A DNA stretch of 64,000 bases from Dimorphilus gyrociliatus (taxonomy: Eukaryota > Animalia > Annelida). The notes under the pieces are model-generated. The model worked only from the letters and a program-made list of their open reading frames with translations. It made no database searches and was not told the DNA's origin. The stretch covers positions 4,059,689-4,123,688 of the forward strand of contig CAJFCJ010000005.1 of NCBI GenBank assembly GCA_904063045.1, given 5' to 3'. Below are positions 35,281 to 47,373 of the stretch, piece by piece. Position 1 is the first letter of the stretch, and every line of letters begins with the position of its first letter. Made by a program: the position numbers and the translations under genes.

Positions 35281-36393
35281 TCAAGTGGCTGCCAAATTTT
35301 CCAGATCAACTTCAGCAAGGTGTCGACTGTGTCTGCTGAAGGAGAAGGATACGTGACATTTTGTAAAGTTATACCGAATCTTTACTAGGAGCGCCTGAAA
35401 GGCAGTCCGAAATGATTTAGAGCAGGCGCTGTACAAATAAAAGTTAAAGGAGAAGGACGTGTAAAAGAGGAACTGGAAAATAGCTTGCCAATTAACCGCT
35501 TGTGACGTAACTGTTGATTCTGAATAAAGTCCAAAAACGAATGGCATTCGATAAAGATGACTAGGGAGATTGAGAGCTATAAAAACTGTAGAAACGATAA
35601 GTAACGTCCGTGTTGTGCGCAATTGCAGTTTCGTGCAGGATCGAAGTACTCTTATCCTTCTACCTTCTGATCTTAAGGATGATGTTGACGACGAAGTTTT
35701 CTTTTCAAACCTTATAATAAGAGTAGGATCTGCAAATTTCTTCCTCTTCTGCACAAATCGAACAACCTTAATCATTATCGATATATTAAGTATGAGCAAA
35801 AGGCAGGACGGTAAAATACATGTTACAACTGTATCGACTGCAATCATTGCTTTATGAATATGAAAGTGACGAGCAATAGGTCGACATATTTTTTTTCCTT
35901 TCTCCTCAACTATGCCGTTCGACCAAATTGTATAAGAGTAAAGTAACAAACCGGAAACAGTTATTGAAAGCAATATTCTCTTCGTATTCTTTCTCTTGCA
36001 CCATTCATGCTTTAAAAAAGGTTTATATACTATGATAAATCTCTCAATAGTAAAGCAAACAACCGTCCAAACACTCTGATAGGTTGTCACTGGCAATATA
36101 TAGTTGAAAAGTTGACAAAACCCCTGCTTATGTAGCATATGAAAATTCAAGTGGCCAAGAAAAGTTGTACAGGCTAGACCTAACAAGAATATAAAATCTA
36201 CTGCAGCCAAATATGCAAGGTACAAGGAAGTTGTTTGCCTGACGAGATAAGTACCAAGGAAAACTGCTATAGTCACCGTGTTACCGATCAGACCGCTCAA
36301 CAGGATAATCGGAAGGAAGTAAGTGTGTAACGTCACTTGTATAACGTCAACGAAGCTGGACGAATTGTCCAACGACGAAACGTTCCTATTCAT
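35281..36393 (-). CDS. Rhodopsin-class GPCR, invertebrate neuropeptide-receptor-like (FMRFamide/MIP-receptor-related clade), intronless
   Basis: 370 aa, seven TM segments, N-glycosylation sites in the N-terminus, GLIGN (TM1), LAAVD (TM2), FTIERF (TM3), LNLP (TM6) and FSFNFYLY (TM7). Confidence 0.9.
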   Translation of the reverse strand: MNRNVSSLDNSSSFVDVIQVTLHTYFLPIILLSGLIGNTVTIAVFLGTYLVRQTTSLYLAYLAAVDFIFLLGLACTTFLGHLNFHMLHKQGFCQLFNYILPVTTYQSVWTVVCFTIERFIIVYKPFLKHEWCKRKNTKRILLSITVSGLLLYSYTIWSNGIVEEKGKKICRPIARHFHIHKAMIAVDTVVTCILPSCLLLILNISIMIKVVRFVQKRKKFADPTLIIRFEKKTSSSTSSLRSEGRRIRVLRSCTKLQLRTTRTLLIVSTVFIALNLPSHLYRMPFVFGLYSESTVTSQAVNWQAIFQFLFYTSFSFNFYLYSACSKSFRTAFQALLVKIRYNFTKCHVSFSFSRHSRHLAEVDLENLAAT

Positions 36394-37134
36394 GTAGACG
36401 TCCAGCTGCCTTCTGCAAAAAAAGTACCATAGAGAAACAGTCGCATGGTGACGCTCCTGATTGCCGCTCTTTCGTTTTTATAGACGTCTGCGATATACTT
36501 TAAACAGAGTATCATACCTACTGTAAATTTGTTTCGTTTAGGTTGGTCGAGCCATTCATTTCATTTTCTAAAATCTTTAGTTAGGATTCAGCCTGGAAAG
36601 AAGAAGAAGGTAGATTCCAAAGTTGTAGAGGCATACCGCCTTTAATCAACGACAAAAGCAATGTACCAGATGATGATTCGATCTGAATGACGTCGTCAGA
36701 TAAGCAAAAAAATACAAGTTCTTCTATAGCTTCATGCTAAGAAATACCACTGTAAAAAACCTATTATTATGTAGACCTATTGTCCATACAATGCATATAT
36801 ATACATGTCTGTCTTTCTCCCTCTCGTCTTAATTCTCTCTCACTACTTACTCACCTACTAAGGTACTCTAGTCGTCTATTTATACATTTTATTATATGCT
36901 TCTGCCGCTGTCCAATATGTATAATTATCCTTATAATTAACGGCGCCATTAGATGACGCCACAAATACAATTATGGCGGATACTTTAGGTTAAAAATGGT
37001 TTCATAACTTTCCTACTGACCCCGTCGAACGCAGCGAATCATTTATTCCAGGCAGGTGACGCTGTTACGCAAAGGCGTCTATTGTTGCTTCTCTGACTGT
37101 GCCAGGCTGCGGGAAATTTACGATAGATAAGAGT

Positions 37135-38190
37135 ATGCTAACTTTATCTAGAAATTTAACTGATAGAGAACTGCAGACAATAGCTTTAAATCATCAACTT
37201 CACAAAATACTCCTTCCTATCATAACAATACTTGGAATAGCTGGAAACGTCTTATCATTTAGCGTCTTCACGACAAATCGCTACAAAAGAAAAAGTGCAA
37301 GCGTCTTTCTCGCTTTCTTGGCTGTTGCCGATTCGGGATTTCTGCTTTCCTTAATACCTATTTGGCTGGGTTATATGAAAATTCATGCCTTTCATGTTCA
37401 AGGCTTGTGCCAGATAATTCTATATGGAACTTACGTATTTGGTTTTCTATCTGTTTGGACCGTAGCTGCCTTCACAATAGAAAGGACTATAGTCGTTTTC
37501 CTGCCTTTGGCAAAACATAGACTTTGTACGAGAAGAAAAGCCAAAGGCTGTGTAATAATTATGACAATTTTCGCACTTATCGCCTATTCATTCTCTGTTT
37601 GGACGTCAGGCGTGGTAAAACAAGAAAGTACTCAACAATGCCGCCCATTTGCTAAATACGAAAACTTTTTAAGAATAGCTACTAGCGTTGATACTGTTCT
37701 TACGCTGATCTTACCATCTCTAATTATAGTTATCTTAAATACTGCCATTGCAAGCAAACTATTTATCTACTTGAAAGGTCGAGGGCAAACATCTGGTAGT
37801 AGAGATCGCCAACAAACGGAGAAAGAAGAAACACATCAATTAACTAGTCGCGTAACGGACATCAGTGGTGTACAGTTGAGAATCAATAAAACTTCCTCCT
37901 CTCGATTTGTTGAGAATACTCAAGCAAGAACAACACTCTCTCTCATAGTTGTTTCAAGTGTATTCGTAGCTCTGAACTTACCATGTCACGCCTATCGTAT
38001 CCACGGATTCGTTATAGATCTTGCAGGCTTCAAATTTAAGAACGCCAGCTCTGAGCCGGGCTTTTATCAAGGATATTTGCAACTGCTATATTATATAAAC
38101 TTTGCTGTCAATTTGTATTTGTATAGTTTGTGTAGCCCAGCATTTAGGAAAGCAGCCTACAAACAATTATTTCGGAGTTGTTCATGCTAA
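37135..38190 (+). CDS. Rhodopsin-class GPCR, paralog of 35281-36393, intronless
   Basis: Seven TM segments, GIAGN, LAVAD, FTIERT, LNLP and FAVNLYLY. First ATG at 37135; the ORF track starts at GTG 37099. Confidence 0.9.
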   Translation: MLTLSRNLTDRELQTIALNHQLHKILLPIITILGIAGNVLSFSVFTTNRYKRKSASVFLAFLAVADSGFLLSLIPIWLGYMKIHAFHVQGLCQIILYGTYVFGFLSVWTVAAFTIERTIVVFLPLAKHRLCTRRKAKGCVIIMTIFALIAYSFSVWTSGVVKQESTQQCRPFAKYENFLRIATSVDTVLTLILPSLIIVILNTAIASKLFIYLKGRGQTSGSRDRQQTEKEETHQLTSRVTDISGVQLRINKTSSSRFVENTQARTTLSLIVVSSVFVALNLPCHAYRIHGFVIDLAGFKFKNASSEPGFYQGYLQLLYYINFAVNLYLYSLCSPAFRKAAYKQLFRSCSC

Positions 38191-41100
38191 TTCCTTCATA
38201 ATTCATCAAATAATTCAATTTTTATCCTTTTTCAGATAATACTTTTAATGAGAGTAAAAACCATAAAGATAAAAGATTAGTTTATAGATTTTGTTTCATA
38301 TATTTGTTATAATAATGGAAATGCGTTAAGAGAAGAATACCGAGAGAAAAAGAAGATGGGATTAATGACGCATTCTGCGAGGGGGAAAAAAAGAGACCAG
38401 TCTACAGATAATTGGTCTACTAAAGAGTTCATTTATAAATTACTATTAATTACTATTATAAACGCTTGAAAGTTATCTTAAACCCTATTGCACTTCTCTT
38501 TTTCTATGTTAATATAAACGTGTTTAAGTTGTGTAAATTACTGTTTTAAGCTGCTTAATACTTATGTTAATGTTAATGAGCAGGTAGGTTGATTGATTCT
38601 TTTCAATAATCTAAAGTATATTTTCATTTTGTTACGTGTCTTCTTTTAGTACACCATTGGCAAAAAATCCCTTTAAATATCAATGAGATTAGCTCAAATC
38701 CTCTAAAGATTGTAAAGAATGAAATTAGTATGTGAACATAGATTTATTGACCTTTTTAATTGAGTGTTACTCTCCTTGGTTTCTTTTTTCTTCGTCAACA
38801 AAATAAACATAATGTTCTGTTTCTGATAGAATAAGTATATTCTTTTATATTTCTCTGTGAAAAACAAACAAAGCATACTGAGAAAAGAGACTTAATGAGG
38901 TTCTTAGCTTCACAATACAACCAACTGTATCATCTAAATAAACTAGACAATTTTTTTTCTCCTTTTACAAACCGTCTTTATCCTTTGATGTTGAAAGATA
39001 TATGTTCTCCAGCTTGTTTTTTTTTTTTACCATATTTGTAAAAATAGCATGATAAATTTTCTAATTTATGAATAATTCATGTAATGGAATAAGGTATAAA
39101 AAAAGATCACGTTCGCCATTTTATCATCACTAGAAAATCGTACATGCCTCTATAATCAAAGATCAAGGAAACTTGCTCAGCTCGTAGCAATAGAACAGAA
39201 AAAAATTTCCTTCTAGTGTAGTAATTGATTAGATAACAATTTTAATGATAATTAATTAAGGAAAAAATATCAAATATTTCAAATTAATTATTAGATATTT
39301 TAGTTCTCTTTCAACTCTCTCTCCATCTTTTTTTGTTGTAAACATTGTTTCAATCATAGGTATAAAGATTGTAATTACGAATGTCTAGTAAAGCGTTTAA
39401 GTGGAATTACCAGTCAGAAAGTACGATTAATTAAAGAGATTAATTTCAGGTAATTATTTCCTCTTTTCTCTTTTGAGAGAAAGAGAGAGAGAGAGAAAAA
39501 AGGAGGGAAGGAAAAGGTTTGGTGGGGGAAGAGGGGAGAGAAAAAGTAAAGTAAAGTGTAGTAGAGTAAGAGACTTTTTATTGGTCTTTGAACCAATTTT
39601 AAAATGCTGTCATTATTCAATAATCCCATAAGTGAAAATGTACTCTGCGCTCTTAACTCTGAAAGTCGCTAATGTACCAATAAAAGAACAATTTCTCATT
39701 ACTCCTCATCAAGTAACAGGTTAGAATATTGAAACATTTTCATTATCCTATACTTTAATAAACATCGCCACTTTATGATAGACAACTTTTTACGAATTAT
39801 GGTACTCAATTTTAAATCAGCTTTAATTCGCTAGGAGTAAAGTGGAGAGTCAGATGACAGCAGGTTCCTAAACTTTAGAGCTTAGCAAGTCTATTTTTAA
39901 CTGGCCCAACCTTGAATGTGAATTAAGTCGAAGACTTTTACCTTTAGGCAATAGACATAGTTTTATTATTGATTCACGACATATAATCTAAAATCACGAA
40001 AAATATTAGATTTACTTGTATTAACTGAGATGTTTTATGAATATGTCTATCAATATTGGTTTAAAAATAGATATACATCCTGTACTCTTTTCATCTTTAG
40101 ACATCAAAGAAAGATTGCCTATTTAGATGGTTTACTATTCCAAGAAAAAAAGGACCTAAGAGGGAGAAAGTAAAAGACGAAAAATGATTTAATTATTAAA
40201 AAATCTAAACCTTACTTTATCAAATAAGTTTTTGGTGCAATATTAAAGGAGGAAATAATAAAAGAAAATTATAGAATGATTCTTAGAAAAGGGGAAAAAA
40301 ATGAAAAGAATTAGGAGGGATCTCGATACCTTTTCAACCAAATCGATAGATGGAAGGGAGAGAATAAGCTTTTACTCTTTAAGAATTCTTTCTATTTACT
40401 CATGACACACATGCGCTCAATCTCTTTCCCTCGTCTATTTATTACATTTTTTTTTAAACTGGTTACAATCCCTCATCTCCTAAGGATGGAGGAAACATGG
40501 AACATGAATCTAATCATTGCTAAAAGTCTGTCTAACCAATTCGTCGAAGCCATTAACGAACGACCTGATACCTTCAGTATGAAAGTTATTTTCTATTAGC
40601 AAAAATTTTCTGCTGCTTCCTGAAATATTATACAAAAAACGATAAATTTATTTCTCATGGGATTCAGTAGTTACAGATCAATTACAACATCGATTTAAAC
40701 AGTCATGAGAACTATTATAATTTTCTTTTTGCTTTTTCTATCTTCTTCTTCCTTTCGACAAAAACTGTATTGTATGCCTTCATCTTCTACAATAATATAT
40801 ATATATATATATATATACAGTATATGTACAGTATATTCTATACAGAATATTGTTCGAGAAGATACAGAGTATATATTTGAATAGTTTAACGCTTCTCTTT
40901 CTATATTAGACTAATAACTTTTAAGGGATGAGAAGGAATCGTTCGTTATCAATGTAATCGAGGGTTTTTTTACATGTCATGACACTGTCCTGGTTTTCTT
41001 CACTAACCTTCGATATAAGCAAGCAAAACATTTATATTTTGCTAGTTTGTACTAAACATGTAAGTCTAGTTTAAATTGTGTCTGTTATAGATCATTAATA

Positions 41101-43601
41101 TTGCGAGAATCATTGAAAACTGAGTATAACCTTCGTACAAAATCCTCTAAATCCCCAATTAACAGAGTGCTCCTTGGCTTAAGCCGTCAGACTAATTTTC
41201 TGATTTACCAAAAGCTCATGAACTCTGTCGTCTAAAGCAGGCTCAAAATATTACAATGCACATATATATTCATTTAACACCTATGCTGTATACAAGCATT
41301 ATTATTAACAGTTTCTATTACTACTCCATCTCATGTAGTGTATTGAGTACGAGTCTTCCTTTAAACCTTTACTTACAAAATAGTCTTTGTCCTTACTTGA
41401 TAATGAACTTTTAATAAACTTAAAGGGCATAAAAAGGTAAATTTCGACTTGTTAGCAACAGTATCCTTAATTCTCTATTTTTTGAATAAAAGCCCCAAAA
41501 ATATCCTTACAATCACAAAAGAGTTAGAGGCAAAAAGCTAATTGTCAATATGCTAATTAGTTTATACATCAGTTATTTTGATCATTTCTTTACCTTTCTC
41601 AAAGTATTTCTTTTTATTTTTATATTACCCCATAAAAAAACTACAGATTGAAAAGATAAGGAAAAGAAGGTGAATTTCTCATAATAAAAATGAGAATTGG
41701 GAGTTTTATTACAGAAAGAGCCGATGAGAAATTAATTATTCCCGATGAGTATTAAACTACTTTAATTCCAATAAGAATAATAATTATATAAACTTGTATA
41801 CGAATGCTACCGAACGAGTTTCTAATGTAGAACATTCTTACATCCTTCATAGTTAGAAATTGTTTATAAATTATAAGATAATTAAAGTCTCATAGAAAAT
41901 AACGAATAACGTTGACGAAAAAATCTGTAACTATAGAAACGCTATGTGGCGAAGTGTTTACATACTACAATAACTGTAGGCTATAGGTGGAGAGTGATAC
42001 AACGAAAGTTTCTATGAGTATTCCCAAAGGCTGCTTTTACACCAAGCTATTAAGGCTTGGAAAACGTCGTCTACGTGTGCCTCATAATCCGTAATGTAAA
42101 ACCTCCATTTTTAGGAATTTATCAGGAACTGTTGCGTGCATTGAAAATATTCCTTCAATTGAGTTAATATTTACGTTAATGAGCAAGCTAAATCGACATA
42201 TTCACCTTACTCTAATAATTACTCTTTTAGATACTCTCTATTCCCCTCTCCTAACACTTTATATTAGTATATATACATCCCTTCCCGAGTCCTAATTTTG
42301 AAATTAACGTCGTTCTTTAGTAATTAGCACGTATTAATTACTTTATTTTACAGCCGCTAATACCACTAGATTACTGTTACGTTTTTCTTGTAATATTTCG
42401 TAAGTTTATCTTTTGTCATTTTAACCTTTAAACAAACATTTTTTTCAAACTTTCTTTGTTTAACTACATTCGTAAATCTCATCTGTTTTTACAGCCATCA
42501 CTTTGTGATAACCAAGTTAGACAAGCTTCCTCTCTCCACCCTTAATTGCATCAGTATTTCTCAACATCCCCTCGGGAATCCTTATCTACTCGCGATCCGG
42601 AAAATTAATTAAGAATATTACCTTCAACAATTGCACAAGGAGAAGGAGACAAGATAATAATTGTTTGATTATTCCCATAGTGACAATAAAGAATTTTTAG
42701 GTTAACAACCTGTCCATTCACTATTCACTCTTCTCTCTATCTCTCTGTCTCTGTTTCTGCTCTATTGATATTATTTTCAGCGAGCAAGAACTTATAACTT
42801 TCTTTTTATTTACGACTTGTGAGAGCTAATCGAATATTGTTTCAGCAGATGTATAAACTTTCGTTCTAATCATTAAAATTAATCGTCAACTTATACGAGT
42901 ATAACAGATAAATTTGATTGAAAGTATAACATGTTTGGTTTAGTATTACACTAGAGAAAATTTATTCGAAAGCTCTATAATTAATTAATTAGAAGTCAAA
43001 CAATTAAATGTCATTGTAAAATATACCTAAAAAATTTTAAATAAAAAAAAAAGACACATTACCAGTTTTCGTTTAAGAACTTTTGAAAACCGTTAAACAG
43101 AACGTCAACGACCGTAAATTTTCAAATTTAACCAAAATAAACTATTAAAACAAGAAAAAAGAACAATCAAAGAAAGCCAAAGTAATTCTGATAATCTTTC
43201 TGAAGAAGAACATTATATATAAAAAAAAAGAAGGAAACTTTAGACGGAAAGAAATGCGCCTAGAATGTTTCTTAATAGCCTCAATTTGTTTGTTAGAAAG
43301 GGCATACTTGAAAAGTACGTTGGCATTAATGAGATACGGTGTCATTTTAAAATACTTTGATATAAGTATAGGTTGAGAGAAACTTAGGTTTAGTTGCATT
43401 ATGTAAAAAAGCAATTATGTTCATTTCCTATATTATATTTTATTGTTTTAAAGAGCTTTGAGGTAAAGAAAAAAAGTTTTTAATAGTTATTAATTACTGT
43501 TTTTTTTTTGTACACCTTCTCTCGTTCTCGCTCTCTCTCTCTCTCTCTCTCTGTCCTTTTCTCTATCTCCATCTATTTATTTATTAATATATAAAAAATA
43601 T

Positions 43602-45126
43602 ATGTCTATCTCTCCCATTCCCCTATTACTAATGATATTTCCCTGTTTAGAGTCTACCTACTTCCCCACAGGATTACAACAGACTCTGTTCAATTTCAAA
43701 GATGACGTCATAGAATTAGTAAACGCTACCCAATTTGAAAGGAGGGTTTTGAATAGCAATAATTTATGGTTCGTCTGTTTTTACAGTCCCAAGTAGGTTT
43801 TTAAGCGCTATCCATCAAGTGTCAGTGAAATACAATTCACATTTTGGTGAACAGGTGCACCTTTTCTCGGCGCGTCGTCGTTTCATATAAAAAAGCAGCA
43901 ACCGCCTTAAAAGTACGCTAATCGTTCGTAATTATTCTTTTTTTATATAAATACAAATACAAAAAGAGGGCAACATCTGACAGGGCGTTGCTAAATTTGG
44001 TCATATCAACCAGCCAAAGAACAGGTACAGGTTTAGATCATTGATTAAATTTAGAAATTCATATCCGTACATTTATATCTATACGGAATCAAAAGACACT
44101 AAGCCAATGTTATGCAAAACATGCAAACGATATAGCGGTCTTATTGAATGGATCAGTAATTATTTTATGAAACAAGGAAAGTTTCGCAACGACACTATCG
44201 CATCTCTTAATGACTATAACTACAGAGATATTTTACGGTCTGGTGGGAACCTTACTAAATTGTTAATAGCTTTCTTCGACAAGGGCCAAAACCCTGAAAT
44301 TGAACTCTACTGGCTTCTTATGGCTGATCAACTAAAAGCGAAAAATATCATCCCAGTTATAAAGAAGAATGCTCTCTCAAAAAAAGTTCATGTGACCTTG
44401 GATGTTAAATCTTATCCTTCTATCAAATATATAGAATTCTCTCAAAACGCCATAAGCAAAAATAACGACTATAGGGGTTTAATGAATACTAATGACATTA
44501 TCAAATGGGCTAATTGTCAACATATGAGTAACATTGCGCAGATTATCAACGAGAATGTGCTAAAATGTAAATGTAGACGACGTGGAGTGACTGCTTGCGT
44601 GCTCGTCTTTCTACAAAAGCTATCGGTTTGCGACAAGGAATGTCGAAACGATTATTTGAAAATGATGGCCCAAGCGTCAACAGAGTTTACCGAAAGGGAA
44701 TGGGGCTGGGCCTGGGCGACCGCCGGTCAGCAACGGCATTTGGAAAAGGCCTTAGGGGTCCAATGGACAGAATATCCCGCTCTGTTCTTAGTAAATCTGT
44801 CCAAGTCAGAGTTTATGCCCTTTAAAGGTATTTTTTTTTTGAAAACTATTTAGCCTCCACTTGAAATTAAAATGTAACATCTGTCGTTTTATTCAATAGG
44901 ACCTTTCAATAGGCAGACTATAGTAAACTTTCTTAAAAGGCCGCAAAGTAAAGAGTATGGACAAGGCAGGTTGATTATCAGTGGATTATTGCCCGAGGCT
45001 GTTCAGATCAGATTCTGGCCTAAAAGTGTTTCTACCTATCCAAAGCCGAATCTTTGCATCTTGCTAAGTGCTATTATTATAGAATTCCAGCTACATTTTT
45101 CCACCTACTTTTCACCCTGCTCATAA
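43602..45126 (+). CDS. Divergent protein disulfide isomerase, PDIA6/P5-like, with signal peptide
   Basis: Exons 43602-43792, 43855-43912, 43984-44827 and 44900-45126: DDVIELVNATQFERRVLNSNNLWFVCFYSPKCTFSRRVVVSYKKAATALKGVAKFG... and WGWAWATAGQQRHLEKALGVQWTEYPALFLVN...FKGPFN. These resemble the PDIA6 a and b domain motifs (KKAATALK, WGWLW, GYPA). Confidence 0.78.
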
Positions 45127-45700
45127 TAGAGCTCGACGGCTAACAATTAGACCTCAGTAGACGACTTTTTCTTCTTTTTGAATTGCACAGGATGACGCCT
45201 TTAAACAACGTGCAATATATATTATTTGTTTTTTTTTTCTTCTTTTTTTTCATTTTATTTAAAGGATTCGGCGGAAGTAGGACGTTTGTATAGGTAACAC
45301 CTGCTAAAAGAAGGAAAAGGCGTGCATATAAGTATTCCGAAATTAATCGACTGTGGTATCAGCTGTCAACAGCTATTGCTTAAAAAAAATTTGAAAAACT
45401 GCGATAACACCCGTTTTTTTTTTAATAAATAATAATTAAAAAAATTGTTATAATAATGCGATTATTAGCCGCAGGTCGTTCTCTCTAAAAATATCGCATA
45501 TCCTATTACTCGGGGGAGGGAGGAGATTGAGTACTTCCGATTAGGGAGGAAATTGACCTTTGGATAAAAAACTACAACGACTAACGCGATATGCGGTTTT
45601 TTTCTCTTTCATTCTTATTACCTCTTTCCGAGATAAGAAACTACGTAATTACACCTAAACAATTAGTTTCCCTTTGACACCGTTTTAAAGGCCTACACTT

Positions 45701-45716
45701 GACTGCCATCTATTGG
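45701..45716 (-). promoter_or_regulatory. CTCF-like motif (overlapping CCAAT) between the PDI-like and E2F genes
   Basis: The reverse strand reads CCAATAGATGGCAGTC, one mismatch to the CCASYAGRKGGCRS core. Confidence 0.4.
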
Positions 45717-47206
45717 TTTAATTATAAAAGAATGAGTAGAAGTAGATAAAAGAGGGTAATTAAGTCTCTCAAACCAAATACGAACAATATTACATAACAG
45801 GCAAAGGACTAATGAGCCGGGTTAGACATTTCCGGCAAAGGAATTCGAAGCGTGTTTGACGCTGTCTAATGACCATCTCTTACGTCAGACTACCCACATT
45901 TGTGGGCTGTACGCTTCGCCTTTCCCTAAGGGCTTTTCTATCGGCAGACAACCTACTTTCTTCACAATTATACGGCTCAATTTGAGCCATTGAATAAGAG
46001 AAAAGCTTGAACGACGGTCAAGTTGGCGAGTTGTCAACCTATAGGCCTATAGCGATGACCCGATTTCAAGGCGACTGGCTTATCTGGTGCTAAGTTGATT
46101 GATGCATTTACTAAATTCCTAAACGACTTATTAAATTCTCAAAGGAGTTGATTAAAAATCGTAATTGATACGAGTTTTCAGACCTGTCTTTAGATTTATT
46201 TTAACGTCGCCTTTAGGCTCGTTTCGGTTGAATCAAAGCGACGTTGAATCAATCGAAGCGTTAAGCCGAACCGTATGAAATTATCTGCAGGCTATTCGAA
46301 CGAAAAAGTTTGGTGGAATGTGGCGGAAAATTGGTCTTTTTTTATAAACGAATTGTATTCGTTATAAATAAAATAAAAAAAAAAGAAAGGCTATAAGACC
46401 ACACAAAGCGTTGGACGCGTTATGACAGCCGCGTGTTTGTAGCGCTTATCAAGGCGATAAGGTTGGCTTTTATCGGAGGAAGGGTGTGAAGAGATTGGTG
46501 CTGGTAGCGTGCTGTGACACACTTTCGCTTGACCGACGTCCAGCTTTCAGGGTTGTCGGTTGGTCGAAATGTAAATTTGAACAGCGAGAAGAAACGCATT
46601 GTTGAAACGTCCAACCGAAATCTGTCTAATTGTTCAAGAGTAAAAACAGTGTTTGATGTGAGACTCTTTAATCATCCCGACTTACGTAATTTGTTACGTA
46701 GGCGAAACGACGCTTTAAACGCGTTGGAAAGGCGTCGGTCGACAAATAAACAAAGCAGGCGATTGTTTAATGTTTGCCGATAAGGAAAACGTCTTATAAT
46801 TATCATGGGACGCGTGTCAGCCGGTCGTTTGCGTCTTGGCTCATTTGTAACGCCCTTTAGACAAGTCCGGGCACGCTTGGTTCCCTTGCACCTGTCCTGT
46901 AGAATCGCAGGCGTCTCGCATCTGTCGCCCTTTCAACGTGGTCTTGTTACTAAGGACGCCTTTTTCCGATTGGTTTAAACTGGTCACGTGTTTTTATTTA
47001 CACTGTGAGATGTAAAATCTATTGGTAATTGCATTTTTTTCTTAATCGGTGAAGTGTATTACTCAAATTCGTAAGTTATTTGTTTTATTAGATATGATTA
47101 CAAAAAAGGTTTATCAAATTGACAAGAATGTAACAGTCTTGATATGATTTTTAAATGGTTTGTTTACTGTGCATCCCAAGATGGACCCATCATAGCCTCG
47201 TTTCTA

Positions 47207-47214
47207 TTTCGCGC
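47207..47214 (+). promoter_or_regulatory. Canonical E2F-binding site upstream of the E2F start codon
   Basis: TTTCGCGC lies 160 nt before the ATG, within a CpG-enriched region (~46400-47350) that also has CCAAT and CACGTG motifs. Confidence 0.4.
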
Positions 47215-47373
47215 CACTTTCTAGCTTTGTCAAAGGGAGGTTTCTGTTTCAGTAGCGTAGACGTGTCGACATTGACCGGATGAAATGGGTCCCAATCCAC
47301 CTATAATGTCGCTGTTCGTCTAATTAACATCACATCCGCCCGGGAAGCCAGTGAATATACAACAATATATACC

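Noticed and set aside
46201-46249. Hairpin aacgtcgc(c)ttt...aaagcgacgtt upstream of E2F
   Set aside because: The stem is too short for a pre-miRNA and no known mature sequence was recognised.
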